From Squalus acanthias (taxonomy: Eukaryota), in the NCBI GenBank assembly GCA_030390025.1, contig JASTWF010000350.1, positions 186,001 to 250,000 of the forward strand: a DNA stretch of 64,000 nucleotides, in the 5' to 3' direction. Positions 30,541 through 43,068 of the stretch are shown piece after piece. Each line of letters begins with the position of its first letter. Position 1 is the first letter of the stretch. The translations under genes were made by a program, and so were the position numbers. The notes under the pieces were generated by a model. The model was not told the DNA's origin. It worked only from the letters and a program-made list of their open reading frames with translations, and searched no databases.

Positions 30541-33526
30541 TGGGGGATAGGCACCAGGATGTAGCATTAGAAGGGAGAAACAAGGTGCACAAAGGATGGG
30601 GAGAGACAGATAGCACTAGAGTAAGAAATAGTACAGTATTAGTTGGGGTCAGATTAAGAGAGAATACAAGAAGGTCTAAGACAGGTTTACGGTGTATGTG
30701 TGTAAATGCACGAAGCGTGGTAAATAAGGTTGGTGAGCTGCAGGCGCAAATTGCCACATGGGAATATGATGTCGCGGCGATAACTGAGACCTGGCTCATG
30801 AAAGGGCAGGATTGGGTTTTAAGTATTCCTGGATAAGGTGTTCAGGAAAGATGGGGAAGGAAAGAAAGGAGGTGGTGTGGCAGTATTGGTTAAGAGAATG
30901 TTACAGTGCTGGAGAGAGAGGATGTCCTGGAGGGGTCAAGGACAGAATCTATTTGGTTAGAGTTAAGAAATAATAGAGGTGCCATTACACTACTAGGTGT
31001 ATTCTATAGGCCACCAACTAGTGGGAAGGATGTAGAAGAGCAAATGTGCAGGGAAATTACAGAGAGGTGCAAGAACTATAGAGTAGTGATAATGGGGGAC
31101 TTCAATTATCCTAATATAGACTGGGATAATAATAGTGTAAAGGGCAGAGATGGGGAAGAATTTCTGAAGTGTGTTCAGGAGAACTTTCTTAATCAGTATC
31201 TTTCCGGCCCAACGAGGAAGGAGGCATTGCTGGATCTGGTTCTGGGGAATGAGGTGGGTCAAATGGAGCAAGTGTCAGGAGGGGAACATTTAGGGAACAG
31301 TGATCATAGTATCATAAGGTTTAGATTAGCTATGGAAAAGGACGGGAGCAATCTAGAGTAAAAATACTTAATTGGAGGAAGGCAAATTACAGTGGGTTGA
31401 GAACGGATCTGGCCTGGGTAAAGTGGAATCAAAGATTGGCAAGCAAAACTGTAATCGAACAATGGGCTGCCTTTAAAGAGTCAAGGTACATTCCCACGAG
31501 GGGGAAAGGTAGGGCAACTAAAACCTGGATGATGAAAGAGATAGAGAGTAAGATGAAGCGGAAAAAAGGCGCGTATGACAGATGTCAGGTTGGGAATACA
31601 AGTGAGAATCAGGTTGAATATAGAAAGTCCAGAGGGGAAGTGAGAAAGAAAATAAGAGGGGCAAAGAGAGAGTATAGATTGGCAGCTAACATAAAAGGGA
31701 ATTCAAAAGTCTTCAAAAGGCATATAAATAATAAACGAGTAGTAAGAGGAGGGGTGGGGCCGATTAGGGACCAAAAAGGAGACCTACGTATGGAGGCAGA
31801 GGGCATGGCTGAGGCACTAAATGAGTACTTTGCATCTGTCTTCACCAAGGAAGAAGGTACTGCCAAAGTCATAGTGAAAGAGGAGGCAGTGGAGTTACTG
31901 GATGAGATAAAAATTGATAAAGAGGAGGTACTAGAAAGGCTGTCTGAACTTAAAGTTGATAAGTCACCAGGACCGGATGGGATGCATCCTAGAATGCTGA
32001 GGGACGAGAAGGAAGAAATCGCGGAGGTACTCGCCATAATCTTCCAATCCTCCTTAGATATGGGGGTGGTGCCAGAGGACTGGGGAATTGCAAATGTAAC
32101 ACCCTTGTTCAAAAAAGAGTGTAAAGATAAACCTAGCAATTACAGGCCTGTGAGTTTAACCTCGGTAGTGGGGAAGCTTTTGGAAATGATAATCAGGGAC
32201 AAAGTTAACAGTCACTTAGACAAGTGTGGATTAAAGCCAGCACAGATTTGTTAAAGACAAATCATGTTTAACCAACTTGATCGAGTTTTTTTATGAGGTA
32301 ACAGAAAGGGTCGATGAGGGCAATGCGGTTGACGTGGTGTACATGGACTTCCAAAAGGCGTTTGACAAAGTGCCACATAATAGGCTTACCAGCAAAGTTG
32401 AAGCCCATGGAATAAAAGGGACAGTGGCAGCATGGATACAAAATTGGCTAAGTGACAGGAAATAGAGAGTAGTGGTGAATGGTTGTTTTTCAGACTGGAG
32501 GAAGGTATACAGTGGTGTTCCCCAGGGGTCGGTCCTCGGACCACTGCTTTTCTTGATATATATTAATGACTTGGACTTGGACTTGGGTGTACAGGACAAT
32601 TTCAAAATTTGCAGATGACACTAAACTTGGAGGTATAGTGAACACTGAGGAGGATAGTGATAGACTTCAAGAAGACTAGACAGGCTAGTAGAATGGGCGG
32701 ACACATGGCAGATGAAATTTAACACAGAAAAGTGCGAAGTGATACATTTTTGTAGGAAGAACGAGGAGAGGCAATATAAACTCAAGGGTTAATCTTAAAG
32801 GGGGTGCATGAACAGAGAGACCTGGGGGTATATGTGCACAAATAGTTGAAGGTGGCAGGGCAGGTTGAGAAAGCAGTTAAAAAAGCATATGGGATCCTGG
32901 GCTTCATAAATAGAGGCACGGAGTATAAAAGCAAGGAAGTTATGATGAACCTTTATAAAACTCTGGTTCAGCCTCAACTGGAGTATTGCGTCCATTTCTG
33001 GGCATCACACTTTAGGAAGGACGTGAAGGCCTTAGAGAGGGTGCAGAAAAGATTTACGAGAATGATTCCAGGGATGAGGGACTTCAGTTACATGGATAGA
33101 CTGGAGAAGCTGGGGTTGTTCTCCTTAGAGCAGAGAAGGTTGAGAGGAGATTTGATAGAGGTATTCAAAATCATGAGGGGTCTAGGCAGGGTAGATCGAG
33201 AGAAACTGTTCCCATTGGCAGAAGGGTCGAGAACCAGAGGACACAGATTCAAGGTGATTGGCAAAAGAACCAAAGGCGACATGAGGAAAAACTTTCTTAT
33301 GCAGTGAGTGGTTAGGATCTGGAATGCAATGCCTGAAAGGGTGGTGGAGGCAGACTCAATAGTAGCTTTCAAAAGGGAATTGGATAAGTACCTGAAGGGA
33401 AAAAATATGTAAGGCTACGGGGAAAGGGCGGGGGAGTGGGACTAGCCAAATTGCTCTTGCAGAAAGCCGACACGGGCTCAACAGGCCGAATGGCCTCCTT
33501 CTGTGCTGTAACCATTCTATGATTCT
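30541..33526 (+). mobile_element. Near full-length degenerate CR1 ORF2 (APE endonuclease plus RT) with 3' UTR
   Basis: VNARSVVNK, ITETWL, GVFYRPP, MGDFN, LLDLVL, SDH (endonuclease); KSPGPDG, YMDFQKAFD, FADD (RT); ATTCTATGATTCT tail. Many stops and frameshifts. Confidence 0.95.
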
Positions 33527-34664
33527 TTGAAGAGCCCCCACTTCCATGTCTCCTCTCAGCATCGCCCTTCTCATGGGCCAACCCCACTTCCCTGCTAGAA
33601 AGGACCTGGAGAACACTTTGCTGCACATCAGTGGGGCGATGAAGACCCAAGTGTACGTTTACATCCCTCCTTGAGAGGAGGTCTATGAGCGCCTGCCATC
33701 TGTTGTCCACAGCGAGCATGTGCTCATGTGACTGGTGCATTTGCTGCTCCATGCAGGTGGCCATCCTTTCCATGGAACAGCACATCATCGCTATCGCCTG
33801 CAACATGGCGGTGCTCATGTTGGAGATGGACTCCTCCATTCTCTGAACATATGCAGACATCACGGCTGCAAAAGCTGCCAGAGCCTCATGCAATTGTTGC
33901 TACCCTTCCAAGATCGCCCTCTTTTTCGTTGGCCCCCGAGGCTCAGCGTCTGCATGCAGCTTAGCAGAGCTTGGAGCGTCCTGCACCCTCCAATGAGGAG
34001 TCTCCACTGCTGTCCCTGTCAACACCACCTGCTCTTGCTCACTTGTGAAGTGTGAGACACCAGGTGACATCACTACTCTGTCTTGCACAGGACCCACCGA
34101 GGTGTGCATATCTGTGCTGGTGCTGGGTGCGCATGGGTCTGCTGATGCTGCATCCTCAGATGTTGGAGCTTCCTCTGAGGAGTCGGCTTCCTCCTCTGGC
34201 TGGACAGTGGGGTGGGGGGGCGGGGGGAGGGGGTGGCTCTTGATGGGCCTGTGGGAGAGTAAAGAGATGATTTAGAAGTGTTAAATTAACAATGGGTAAC
34301 ATTACCATGATGACATTTCACTGGCTGCTGACATCAGTCACTATATGAGTGACTGCTGTATGCCATGTGGCTGTATGAGATGTGATTCCGTCACCAGGTT
34401 GCTGGGATGTCCCCCTCTCTCCGTCTCCCACCGCCAGCATCTCTCGAGCTTCTGAGATCTCCAGAGCCCCCTCCTCTGCTGCTGTTAGGTGTGCGATTAC
34501 TGGAGGGCCACCTCCGGTTCTCTCCCTCTCTCTGTTGTTGTGGGCTCTTTTCTCCTGCAAGGAGGGAAAAAGAAGTTTGAGTGAGAGTGATGGAATGAGT
34601 GTAAGGAATGGATGGGTTACATCTGCAGAGGGTAACTATGAAGGAGTGGGGTGCCAATGCCAAA

Positions 34665-35075
34665 TGGAGTTTAGAAGAATGAGAGGAGATCTCATTGAAA
34701 CTTATAAAATTCTAACAGGGCTAGACAGACTGGATGCAGGAAGGATGTTCCCGATGGCGGGTGAGTCCAGAACAAGAGGTCACAGTCTAAAGATAAGGGG
34801 TAAGCCATTTAGGACAGAGATGAGGAGGAATTTCTTCACCCAGAGAGTGGTGAACCTGTGGAATTCTCTACCACAGAAGGCAGTTGAGGCCAAGTCAGTA
34901 AATATATTCAAGAAGGAGTTAGATATACTTCTTAAGGCTAAAGGTATCAAGGGATATGGGGAGAAGGCAGGGACAGGGTACTGAGTTTGGATGATCAGCC
35001 ATGATTTCATCGAATGGCAGAGCAGGCTCGAGGGGCCGAATGGCCTACTCCTGCTCCTATCTTCTATGTTTCTGT
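34665..35075 (+). mobile_element. CR1 3' end in intron 1 of the Myb gene (same subfamily as 27512-29351)
   Basis: EFRRMRGDLIETYKILTGLD..GYGEKAGTGY* with CTATGTTTCTGTG tail. Confidence 0.92.
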
Positions 35076-35180
35076 GGTGTTACTTGCTATGATTGCTTTA
35101 GGATGAGGGTGAGTATGAAGGGTGGTTAGTCAGATGGGGATGTGAGTAGGTACATAGAGAGGGATGGGTGGACCTGCAAG

Positions 35181-35706
35181 GTTCTTGCCATGGAGGGGGT
35201 GCAGCGGCGATTCACCAGGCTGATACCAGGAATGGCGGGATTGACCTATGAGGAGAGACTATGTAGTTTAGGGATGTACACACTGGAGTTTAGAAGATTG
35301 AGAGGGGACCTCATAGAAGTGTATAAAATTCTGACAGGTCTAGACAGACTAGATGCAGAAGGAATGTTTCCCTTGGCGGGTGAGAACAGAACTAGAGGAC
35401 ATAATTTAAGGATAAGGGCTAAACCATTTAGGACAGAAATGAGGGGGAATTTCTTCACTCAGAGGGTGGTGAACCTGTGGAACTCATTGCCACAGAGGGC
35501 AGTGTACGCCAGCTCATTAAATATATTTAAGAGGGAATTAGATATATTTCTACAGGCAAAAGGGGTTAAGGGTTACGGAGAGAAGGCGGGGACGGGATAC
35601 TGAATTGGAGGATCAGCCATGATCTCATTAAATGGTGGAGCAGGCTCGAAGGGCCGGATGGCCTACTCCTGCTCCTATCTTCTATGTATCTATGTATCTA
35701 TGTATG
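35181..35706 (+). mobile_element. Young CR1 3' end, near-identical to 40634-41158
   Basis: By-eye comparison shows one substitution (AATGGTGG vs AATGGCGG); (TATGTATC)n tail. Confidence 0.95.
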
Positions 35707-37859
35707 TTGGTGTGAGGAATGATGTGCAGGAGTAGGCTTGGGAAGGCAGAGTGATGGGGATGTGGTGACAAGCACATCAGGATGAGGGCGAGTGTGGCAT
35801 TGCACTCACCTTTCCTGACTTCATGAGATCATGGAAGCATTTCCTGCACTGTATCCAGGTTCTCCTGACCACATCCTTGCTGCTGACCTACTCAGGTATA
35901 TCCAGCCAGGCTCTTTTTGTTTCTTGTGGAGGTCTCCTTTGCCTGTCAGCATGGAAGAGCACCTCCCTGCATACTCTGACAGCCTCCACCAGAGTATGCA
36001 GCGATGAATCTGAGATTGTGGTGCAGCTCTCTGCCTTTGGCTATCCATCCTTCCAAAGTTATAACACTACTGTGGCCTTTCCTTGTCACTTGTCACTTTC
36101 CACCCTCCTCCAGCAACCTTCAAGTGAGTTGAGTGCAAGGCTGCTTTAAATATGGGCGCTGGTAACGAGTCATCAATGACATCATCAGACTCGCAGCATT
36201 TAATAGGGCCGGGAAATGCACGAGTCTTTCAATTGGGGCCATTAAGTGAAAGTCGCCACTGAGCAGCACGTTGCTCAGAACATCACATTCCCGACCCGCT
36301 ACGCTGCCCACACGCACCCAACCCAATGCAAAGGTAAAAATTCATAGGGATGCATGTCTGCTATCTCCTGTGCATCATGGAGTGATGACTTTTACACATC
36401 TCAGTCCTAGTATCCAGTGGAGGTGCCCAGTGGAGGGGAAAGGGACTTCTCTCCAGGGAGAAGCACATGGGAGGAAGGGACAAGTGGCACCACATTCATG
36501 TATCTGCAACCTCTCTGTTGCAAGCTTTCTTATCTGATCTTATTTTATTAGTACCAATATTCTCAATGCTTATCTGAACTTTTCCCTTTCATTCCTTTTA
36601 AACTCCAGATATGCCTCCCACTGTGTTGAAATCAAAACTAATTGCAGTCTGCTACTCTAGCTCGTTCTTCCTCAGGACTTCAAAACTGTGGAACTCCTTG
36701 CCTCCTTTCATCCTCCCTCACTCCTCAATTTTCTTTTAAAACCCAATCTTAGTGTTACCTAATCACCACGTCCTGTGTTCACCTTGCCTTCACTCCTTCA
36801 TCTTCCAACTTTAGTGATGCCCTGCATTCAGAGCCTTAACATTTGATTTTGCTTTCTTATATATATATAAAAAAACAGGTTTCCTCAAGCGTGTCAGAAG
36901 GCTTGGACTGGGAGGGAAAAGGAAAAGTCAGAGGGCATTTACCACCCAGTAGCCTCTTGTCTCCAGAGGACTTACAATAAGTGAAGGAAACACGTTCCAA
37001 ATTAAAACTAAAGCGATAAAACTGTGATCTTGATATACTTTTGAGAATGCTGCTATTTTGGAAGGCTACGAGAAGTTCATAATTAAATAACTAACTTACT
37101 ACGTTTGGGAGATAAGAACAGATGTAGGTGAAAGGTCACAACAGCAAGAGGAAAACTGCAGACTCAGAGTTAGGCGGGGAGGGCTTATTCTTTATCAATA
37201 GAAACCTGCGTACGTTGCCTGGAATTCCACTTTGCTTGTGGAACATATGCTTAATCGGCGTTTTATCCCTTGGTGATGCAGTGCACCGATTTTGATCAGT
37301 GAGATTCATGTGCGACTGGAGTTCCGAGAACACGCACTAGAGTAATGAGCCAATCAGAAAGGCATGTTGTTGTTCAGCCACTTAAGCAGCAAATGAATCA
37401 TGTAAGCAGTATAAAGCACTGAATCCAGATGTGAGGCCGCAATACTACGTAATGATGGAGCAGCGGAAGATGGGAAAGAAAGTGGAGACGCTACTGGAGC
37501 TGCACATGATGGGGTGGCAAAATGCCTCTTCAGAGTACAAGGGCTCCCCACCAAGGGCCAGACGGTACAGCAAGTGCTGGAGGAAGCTGCACACAGGGTC
37601 AGTTGCTGGTTCGGGTTGCCAACTTTGGTTGGACATATTCCTGGAGGCATCATCACATGACCTCCTGCCTCCAACCGTCCTGCCCCACACTCCCATCATT
37701 GGTTGCCCAACAGGTCCATCCTCGTGGGGCCCTGCCTTCCCACACAAATCAGAAAGCGAGCAGAGTCTTCATTCCCTGATTGGATGATTCTTGACTGTCA
37801 GTCAAACAGCCATTTTTCCCATGTCCGATATTTTTATAACTAATAATCAAAAGTGTTAA

Positions 37860-38222
37860 AAGTAGAGCTGGACCGTTCAGGAGTGAAATCAGGAAGCACT
37901 TGAAGTAGAAGATCAGCCACGATCTTATTGAATGGAGGAGCAAGCTCAAGGGGCCAAATGGCCTACTCCTGCTCCTATTTCTTATGTTTTTCCCCAAAAG
38001 GACCTCTCTGCCCCCCCAAACTTTGTGGATGCTGGGGGTCAATTGAAATTTTCAAGATTGAGATTGATAGATTTGAAAAGGGGAAAGAGCAGGGGAGTGG
38101 GCCTCATTGGGTAGCTCTTTGAAAGCTCCAGCTCATGCACGATGAACCGAATGGCCTCCTGTGTGGTAAGATTCTATGATTCTTGTGCAGTAGGGTATTA
38201 AGGGATATGGGAGCAAAGGCGG
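37860..38222 (+). mobile_element. Jumble of CR1 3' end fragments
   Basis: AGAAGATCAGCCACGATCTTATTGAATGG..CTCCTGCTCCTATTTC, GAGATTGATAGATTT and GATTCTATGATTCT motifs. Confidence 0.75.
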
Positions 38223-39183
38223 GTTGACCATGAAGTTGTCAGATTGTCCTGAAAACTCAACTGGTTCGTTGATGTCCTTTAGGGAAGGAAACCTGCCATC
38301 CATGTGCGGTTTGGCCTATATGTGACTCCAGTCCCATACCAATCATAGAAGTTTATGGCACAGAAGGAGGCCATTTGGCCCATTGTGTCTGTGCCAGCCT
38401 AAAAAGAGCTCTCCAGCCTAATCCCACTTCCCAGCTCTTGGTCTGAGCCGTGTAGGTTACGGCACTTCAAGTGCATATCCAACTCATTTTTAAATGCAAG
38501 GAGGGTTTCTGCCTCTACCACCCTTTCAGGCAGTGTGTTCTCGACCCTCACTACCCTCTGGATGAAAAATATTCTCCTCAACTTCCCTCTAATCCTTCTA
38601 CCAATTACTTTAAATCTATGCCCCCTGGTTATTGGCCTCTCTGCTAAGGGAAATAGGTCCTTCCTATCCACTCTATCTAGGCCCCTCATAATTTTATACA
38701 CCTCAATTAGGTCTCTCCTCAGCCTTCTCTGTTCCAAAGAAAACAACCCCAGCCTATCCAATCTTTCCTCATTGCTAAAATTCCTGGCAACATCCTTGTA
38801 AATCTCCTCTGTACCCTCTCTAGTGCAATCACATCTTTCCTGTAATGTGGTGATCAGAGCTGCACGCAGTACTCTAGCTGTGGCCTAGCTAGTGTTTTAT
38901 ACATTTCAAGCATAACCTCCCTGCTTATATATTCTATGCCTCGACAAATAAAGGAAAATATTCCGTAAGCCTTCTTCACCACCTTATCTACCTGTCCTGC
39001 TACCTTCAGGGATCTGTGGACATGTGCTCCAAGGTCCCTCTGTTCCTCCACATTTCTCAGTGTCCTACCATTTATTGTGTATTCCCTTGCCTTGTTGGCC
39101 CTCGCCAAATGCATTACCTCACACTTCTCCGGATTGAATTCCATTTGCCACTTTTCTGCCCACCTGACCAGTCCATTTATATC

Positions 39184-41155
39184 CAGAGCGGAAGATTGGG
39201 AACAGTTTAAGATAGAGCAAAGGAGGACAAAGGGCTTAATCAAGAGGGGCAAAATAGCTTACGAAAGCAAGCTGGCGGAAAATATAAAAACTAACTCCAA
39301 AAGCTTTTATAAGTATATCAAGAGGAAAAGACTGGTGAAAACCAAAGTTGGCCCATTGCAGTCAGATACGGGGGAATATATAACGGGAAATAAAGAAATG
39401 GCAGACCAACTAAATGCATACTTTGGGTCAGTCTTTACGAAGGAAGACACAAAAAACCTCCCTGGGATATCGGGAAAAATAGGGACATTTGCAAAGGAGG
39501 AACTGACGCAAGTCAATATCTCTAAGGATATGGTGTTAAGGAAGCTAAAGGGATTGAAGGCGGACAAATCCCCAGGGCCTGATAACATGCATCCTAGGGT
39601 GCTGAAGGAGGTGGCCCGAGAGATAGCGGATGCACTAAGTATGATTTTTCAGAATTCATTAGACTCGGGAACAGTGCCCATGGATTGGAGGGTAGCTAAC
39701 GTTACCCCACTATTCAAAAAGGGGGGTAGGGAAAAAGCAGGTAATTACAGACCTGTAAGCCTTACATCAGTTGTGGGCAAAATGCTGGAGTCCATCATTA
39801 AGGATGAAATAGCGGAGCACTTAGCAAATGGGGACAGGATAGGACAGAGTCAACATGGATTTACAAAGGGTAAATCGTGCTTGACTAATCTATTGGAATT
39901 TTTTGAGGGAGTAACTGGTAAAATAGATGGGGGAGAGCCAGTAGATGTGGTGTACCTGGACTTCCAAAAGGCCTTCGATAAGGTCCCACATAAAAGATTA
40001 GCAGGGAAAATTGAAGCTCATGGGATAAAGGGGAAAGTATTGACGTGGATAGAGAACTGGCTGTCAGATAGAAAACAGAGAGTTGGAATAAACGGCTCAT
40101 TTTCTGAATGGCAGGCAGTAACAAGTGGGGTACCACAGGGATCTGTCCTGGGTCCCCAGCTGTTCACAATTTACATTAATGACCTGGATCAGGGAGTCGG
40201 ATGCAGCATTTCCAAATTTGCAGACGACACTAAACTAGGAGGGGGGGTGGGCTCAGAGGAGGAGACCAGGAAGCTCCAGAGCGATTTGGACAGACTGGGT
40301 GATTGGGCGGATAAATGGCAGATGCACTATAATGTGGACAAGTGCGAAGTTATCCACCTTGGGTGCAGGAACGGGAGGGCAAATTATTATTTAAATGGCA
40401 ATAAATTGGGAGAGGGGGAAGTACAGAGAGACCTGGGTGTTCTTGTACACCAGTCACTGAAGGCGAGCATGCAGGTGCAACAGGCGATCAAGAAGGCAAA
40501 CGGTATGCTGGCCTTCATAGCAAAAGGGTTGGAATACAGGAACAGGGATACCTTGCTGCAGCTGTACAGGGCACTGGTGAGACCACACCTCGAGTACTGT
40601 GTACAGTTTTGGTCACCTCATCTGAGGAAAGATGTTCTTGCCATGGAGGGGGTGCAGCGGCGATTCACCAGGCTGATACCAGGAATGGCGGGATTGACCT
40701 ATGAGGAGAGACTATGTAGTTTAGGGATGTACACACTGGAGTTTAGAAGATTGAGAGGGGACCTCATAGAAGTGTATAAAATTCTGACAGGTCTAGACAG
40801 ACTAGATGCAGAAGGAATGTTTCCCTTGGCGGGTGAGAACAGAACTAGAGGACATAATTTAAGGATAAGGGCTAAACCATTTAGGACAGAAATGAGGGGG
40901 AATTTCTTCACTCAGAGGGTGGTGAACCTGTGGAACTCATTGCCACAGAGGGCAGTGTACGCCAGCTCATTAAATATATTTAAGAGGGAATTAGATATAT
41001 TTCTACAGGCAAAAGGGGTTAAGGGTTACGGAGAGAAGGCGGGGACGGGATACTGAATTGGAGGATCAGCCATGATCTCATTAAATGGCGGAGCAGGCTC
41101 GAAGGGCCGGATGGCCTACTCCTGCTCCTATCTTCTATGTATCTATGTATCTATG
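39184..41155 (+). mobile_element. Young 5'-truncated CR1 LINE
   Basis: TSD TATATC (39178-39183, 41156-41161), uninterrupted ORF, (TATGTATC)n tail. Confidence 0.95.
39185..41056 (+). CDS. CR1 ORF2 reverse transcriptase, 5'-truncated open frame of about 623 codons
   Basis: From RAEDWEQFK to GYGEKAGTGY* with all RT motifs (FADD). The first about 36 aa of ORF 39077..41056 are antisense host-CR1 sequence. Confidence 0.85.
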   Translation, partial: RAEDWEQFKIEQRRTKGLIKRGKIAYESKLAENIKTNSKSFYKYIKRKRLVKTKVGPLQSDTGEYITGNKEMADQLNAYFGSVFTKEDTKNLPGISGKIGTFAKEELTQVNISKDMVLRKLKGLKADKSPGPDNMHPRVLKEVAREIADALSMIFQNSLDSGTVPMDWRVANVTPLFKKGGREKAGNYRPVSLTSVVGKMLESIIKDEIAEHLANGDRIGQSQHGFTKGKSCLTNLLEFFEGVTGKIDGGEPVDVVYLDFQKAFDKVPHKRLAGKIEAHGIKGKVLTWIENWLSDRKQRVGINGSFSEWQAVTSGVPQGSVLGPQLFTIYINDLDQGVGCSISKFADDTKLGGGVGSEEETRKLQSDLDRLGDWADKWQMHYNVDKCEVIHLGCRNGRANYYLNGNKLGEGEVQRDLGVLVHQSLKASMQVQQAIKKANGMLAFIAKGLEYRNRDTLLQLYRALVRPHLEYCVQFWSPHLRKDVLAMEGVQRRFTRLIPGMAGLTYEERLCSLGMYTLEFRRLRGDLIEVYKILTGLDRLDAEGMFPLAGENRTRGHNLRIRAKPFRTEMRGNFFTQRVVNLWNSLPQRAVYASSLNIFKRELDIFLQAKGVKGYGEKAGTGY

Positions 41156-42191
41156 TATATCTTCCTGCAGTCTACAGCTTTCTTCCTCACTATCAGCCAC
41201 ACCAATTTTTGTATCATCTGCAAACTTCTCAATCATGCCCCCGACATTGAAGTCTAAACGAATGTGGTGGACTCTTAACTGCCCTCTGAAATGGCCCAGC
41301 AAGCCACTCAGTTGTATCAAACTTTCTTAGGCAACTAGGGATGGGCAATAATTGCCAGCCTTGTCAGCGATGTCCACATCCTGCAAATGTATAACCATTT
41401 CAAAAATACCTCAGTAGAATCAAAGCTTTCAGGAGAGGAGAGAAATCTGGCTCAATAAAGGAGGAAGAAAAATATGAATGACAAAGAATTATTTCAATAA
41501 TTCTGTTGTTGATTTTTCTTTGTACTTCTACTGACTTTTTGACTACTTTCATTAAAATAATGAGAAATACAGATGGACTGCTTATTCCTAGGAATCACAT
41601 CATCAGAATTGTGTATTTATTCGGTTTCCTTACATAATCAGGCTCAGTAACTGCGCAAAACCCTGTACTCATAACTCATCTAAAAAATTAAAACATCAGA
41701 AGTTGACAGAAATATAAGTGAATGTTTAATTCTTGATAACTGTTTGATTTTTAATAGGCACAATGATTACTGAACCAACTCCAATGCCTGTGGTGGCGAG
41801 ATCGCCCCTTTAATGAGTAACAAAAGCTTCAAATGTTGAAAAAGCTTTTTTTTTGCCACTCCATGCGTTCATTTGTTTTCCTTTTTTCTTATTTTGAAAA
41901 GTAAACAAATAATAAGAGCAGATTGAAGATAAGGCCCCGTGTGGTGAACTTGCTCGACTTCTAATAAACACATCACACGTGGTTTCGGAAGCGTGTTCTG
42001 CAGGTTATTGGAGCTGCCTGGTGCTCTCAAATATCCAATACTTTACGATGGTGTTGGCCAAGTTGAAGTTCCAAGCTTCAAAGTTGGAAGCCTCAGTGCC
42101 TGTCAGCATGAATGTGCAGGGTTGTTTACTGCCTTGTTTCCTAACAGATATATTCAGTGCTACACGAGGTTACAGTTTTCAGCTCTTTACA

Positions 42192-42382
42192 GTATAGAAT
42201 GTACAGCTCAGAAACAAGCCACACGAGCCTACTCCCACCTGACTTCATCTCACCCTACTCCCGTCTCCCTCAAGTGTTTATCCAGCTTCCCCTTAAATGC
42301 ATCGATGCTATTTGCCTCAACTACTCCCTGTGGTAGCGAAGTCCATATTCTCACCACTCTCTGGATAAAGAGGTTTCTCCTG
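42192..42382 (-). mobile_element. CR1 3' end fragment
   Basis: RRNLFIQRVVRIWTSLPQGVVEANSIDAFKGKLDKHL. Confidence 0.82.
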
Positions 42383-42536
42383 CCAAGCCGGACAAAGTTG
42401 ATTCCCGTAAGACAGTGAGAAATGTTTGGAATCAAGGGTGACCTTGATTCTGGTTTTGAGCCGGTAGATAGAGTTTCTGGGTTCTGAGATAGAACATCTG
42501 ACAAAAAAGTCCAGTTTTACATTTTTATGACTGCTA

Positions 42537-43068
42537 AATCATAGAATCATAGAAATTTACAGCACAGAAGGAGGCCATTCGGCCCATTGTGCCTGTGCTG
42601 GCCGAAAAAGAGCTATCCAGCCTATTCCCACTTTCCAGCTCTTGGTCCGTGGCCTTGTAGGTTACGGCACTTCAAGTGCATATCCAAGTACTTATCAAAT
42701 GTGATGAGGGTTTCTGCCTCTACCACCCTTTCAGGCAGTGAGTTCCAGATTCCCACCACCCTCTGGGTGAACAAGAATTCTCAACTCCCCTCTAATCCTT
42801 CTACCAATTACTTTAAATCTATGCTGCCCCCCGGTTATTGACCTCTCTGCTAAGAGAAATAGGTCCTTCTTATCCACTCTATCTAGGCCCCTCATAATTT
42901 TATACACCTCAATTAGGTCTCCCCTTAGCCTCCTCTGTACCAAAGAAAACAACCCAGCCTATCCAATCTTTCCTCATAGCTAAAATTCCCCAGCTGAGAC
43001 AACATCCTCGTAAATCTCCTCTGCATCCTCTCTAGTGTGATCACATTCTTCCTGTAATGTGGTGACCA
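42537..43068 (-). mobile_element. CR1 3' end
   Basis: ORF 42731..42952 (QRRLRGDLIEVYKIM); AATCATAGAATCATAGAA tail. Confidence 0.9.

Larger units (their letters stand above)
33527..36048 (-). pseudogene. Harbinger Myb/SANT-like gene (exons 36048-35810, 34554-34395, 34248-about 33527)
   Basis: RTWIQCRKCFHDL..K|GTGAGT; CTTGCAG|EKRAHNNRERERTGGGPP; exon 3 is homologous to H2 and H6. Frameshifted and 3'-truncated by a CR1. Confidence 0.85.
30312..36348 (+). mobile_element. Composite PIF/Harbinger remnant (H5): transposase region lost, three CR1 insertions
   Basis: TIR-like GGCTGGAATTTTCC at 30312 and GGTAAAAATTCATAGGG at about 36348, with a Myb gene on - between them. Pairing of the two ends is inferred. 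Confidence 0.65.
38344..41257 (-). mobile_element. Older CR1 RT/3' end (38344-39183 and 41156-41257), interrupted by a young CR1
   Basis: ORFs 38399..38761, 38854..39252 and 41135..41320 (KFADDTKIG). Confidence 0.9.
38226..41385 (+). mobile_element. Meta-domain-like SINE split into 38226-38343 and 41261-41385 by nested CR1s
   Basis: ..GTGACTCCAGTCCCATACC|AAT .. AAT|GTGGTGGACTCTTAACTGCCCTCTGAAATGG; homologous to the SINE at 23922-24190. Confidence 0.8.

Noticed and set aside
37345..37420. CCAAT box plus TATAAA as a host promoter
   Set aside because: Short motifs of this kind are expected by chance, and the downstream ORF runs into a dispersed repeat and resembles nothing I recognise.
39077..39183. 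Signal-peptide-like N-terminus of the 659 aa ORF
   Set aside because: It lies upstream of the TSD and is antisense sequence of the older host CR1; the fusion is fortuitous.
41993..42190. Possible host exon after TTCTGCAG
   Set aside because: No recognisable protein similarity in any frame and no convincing donor; the ORF continues into a CR1 fragment.
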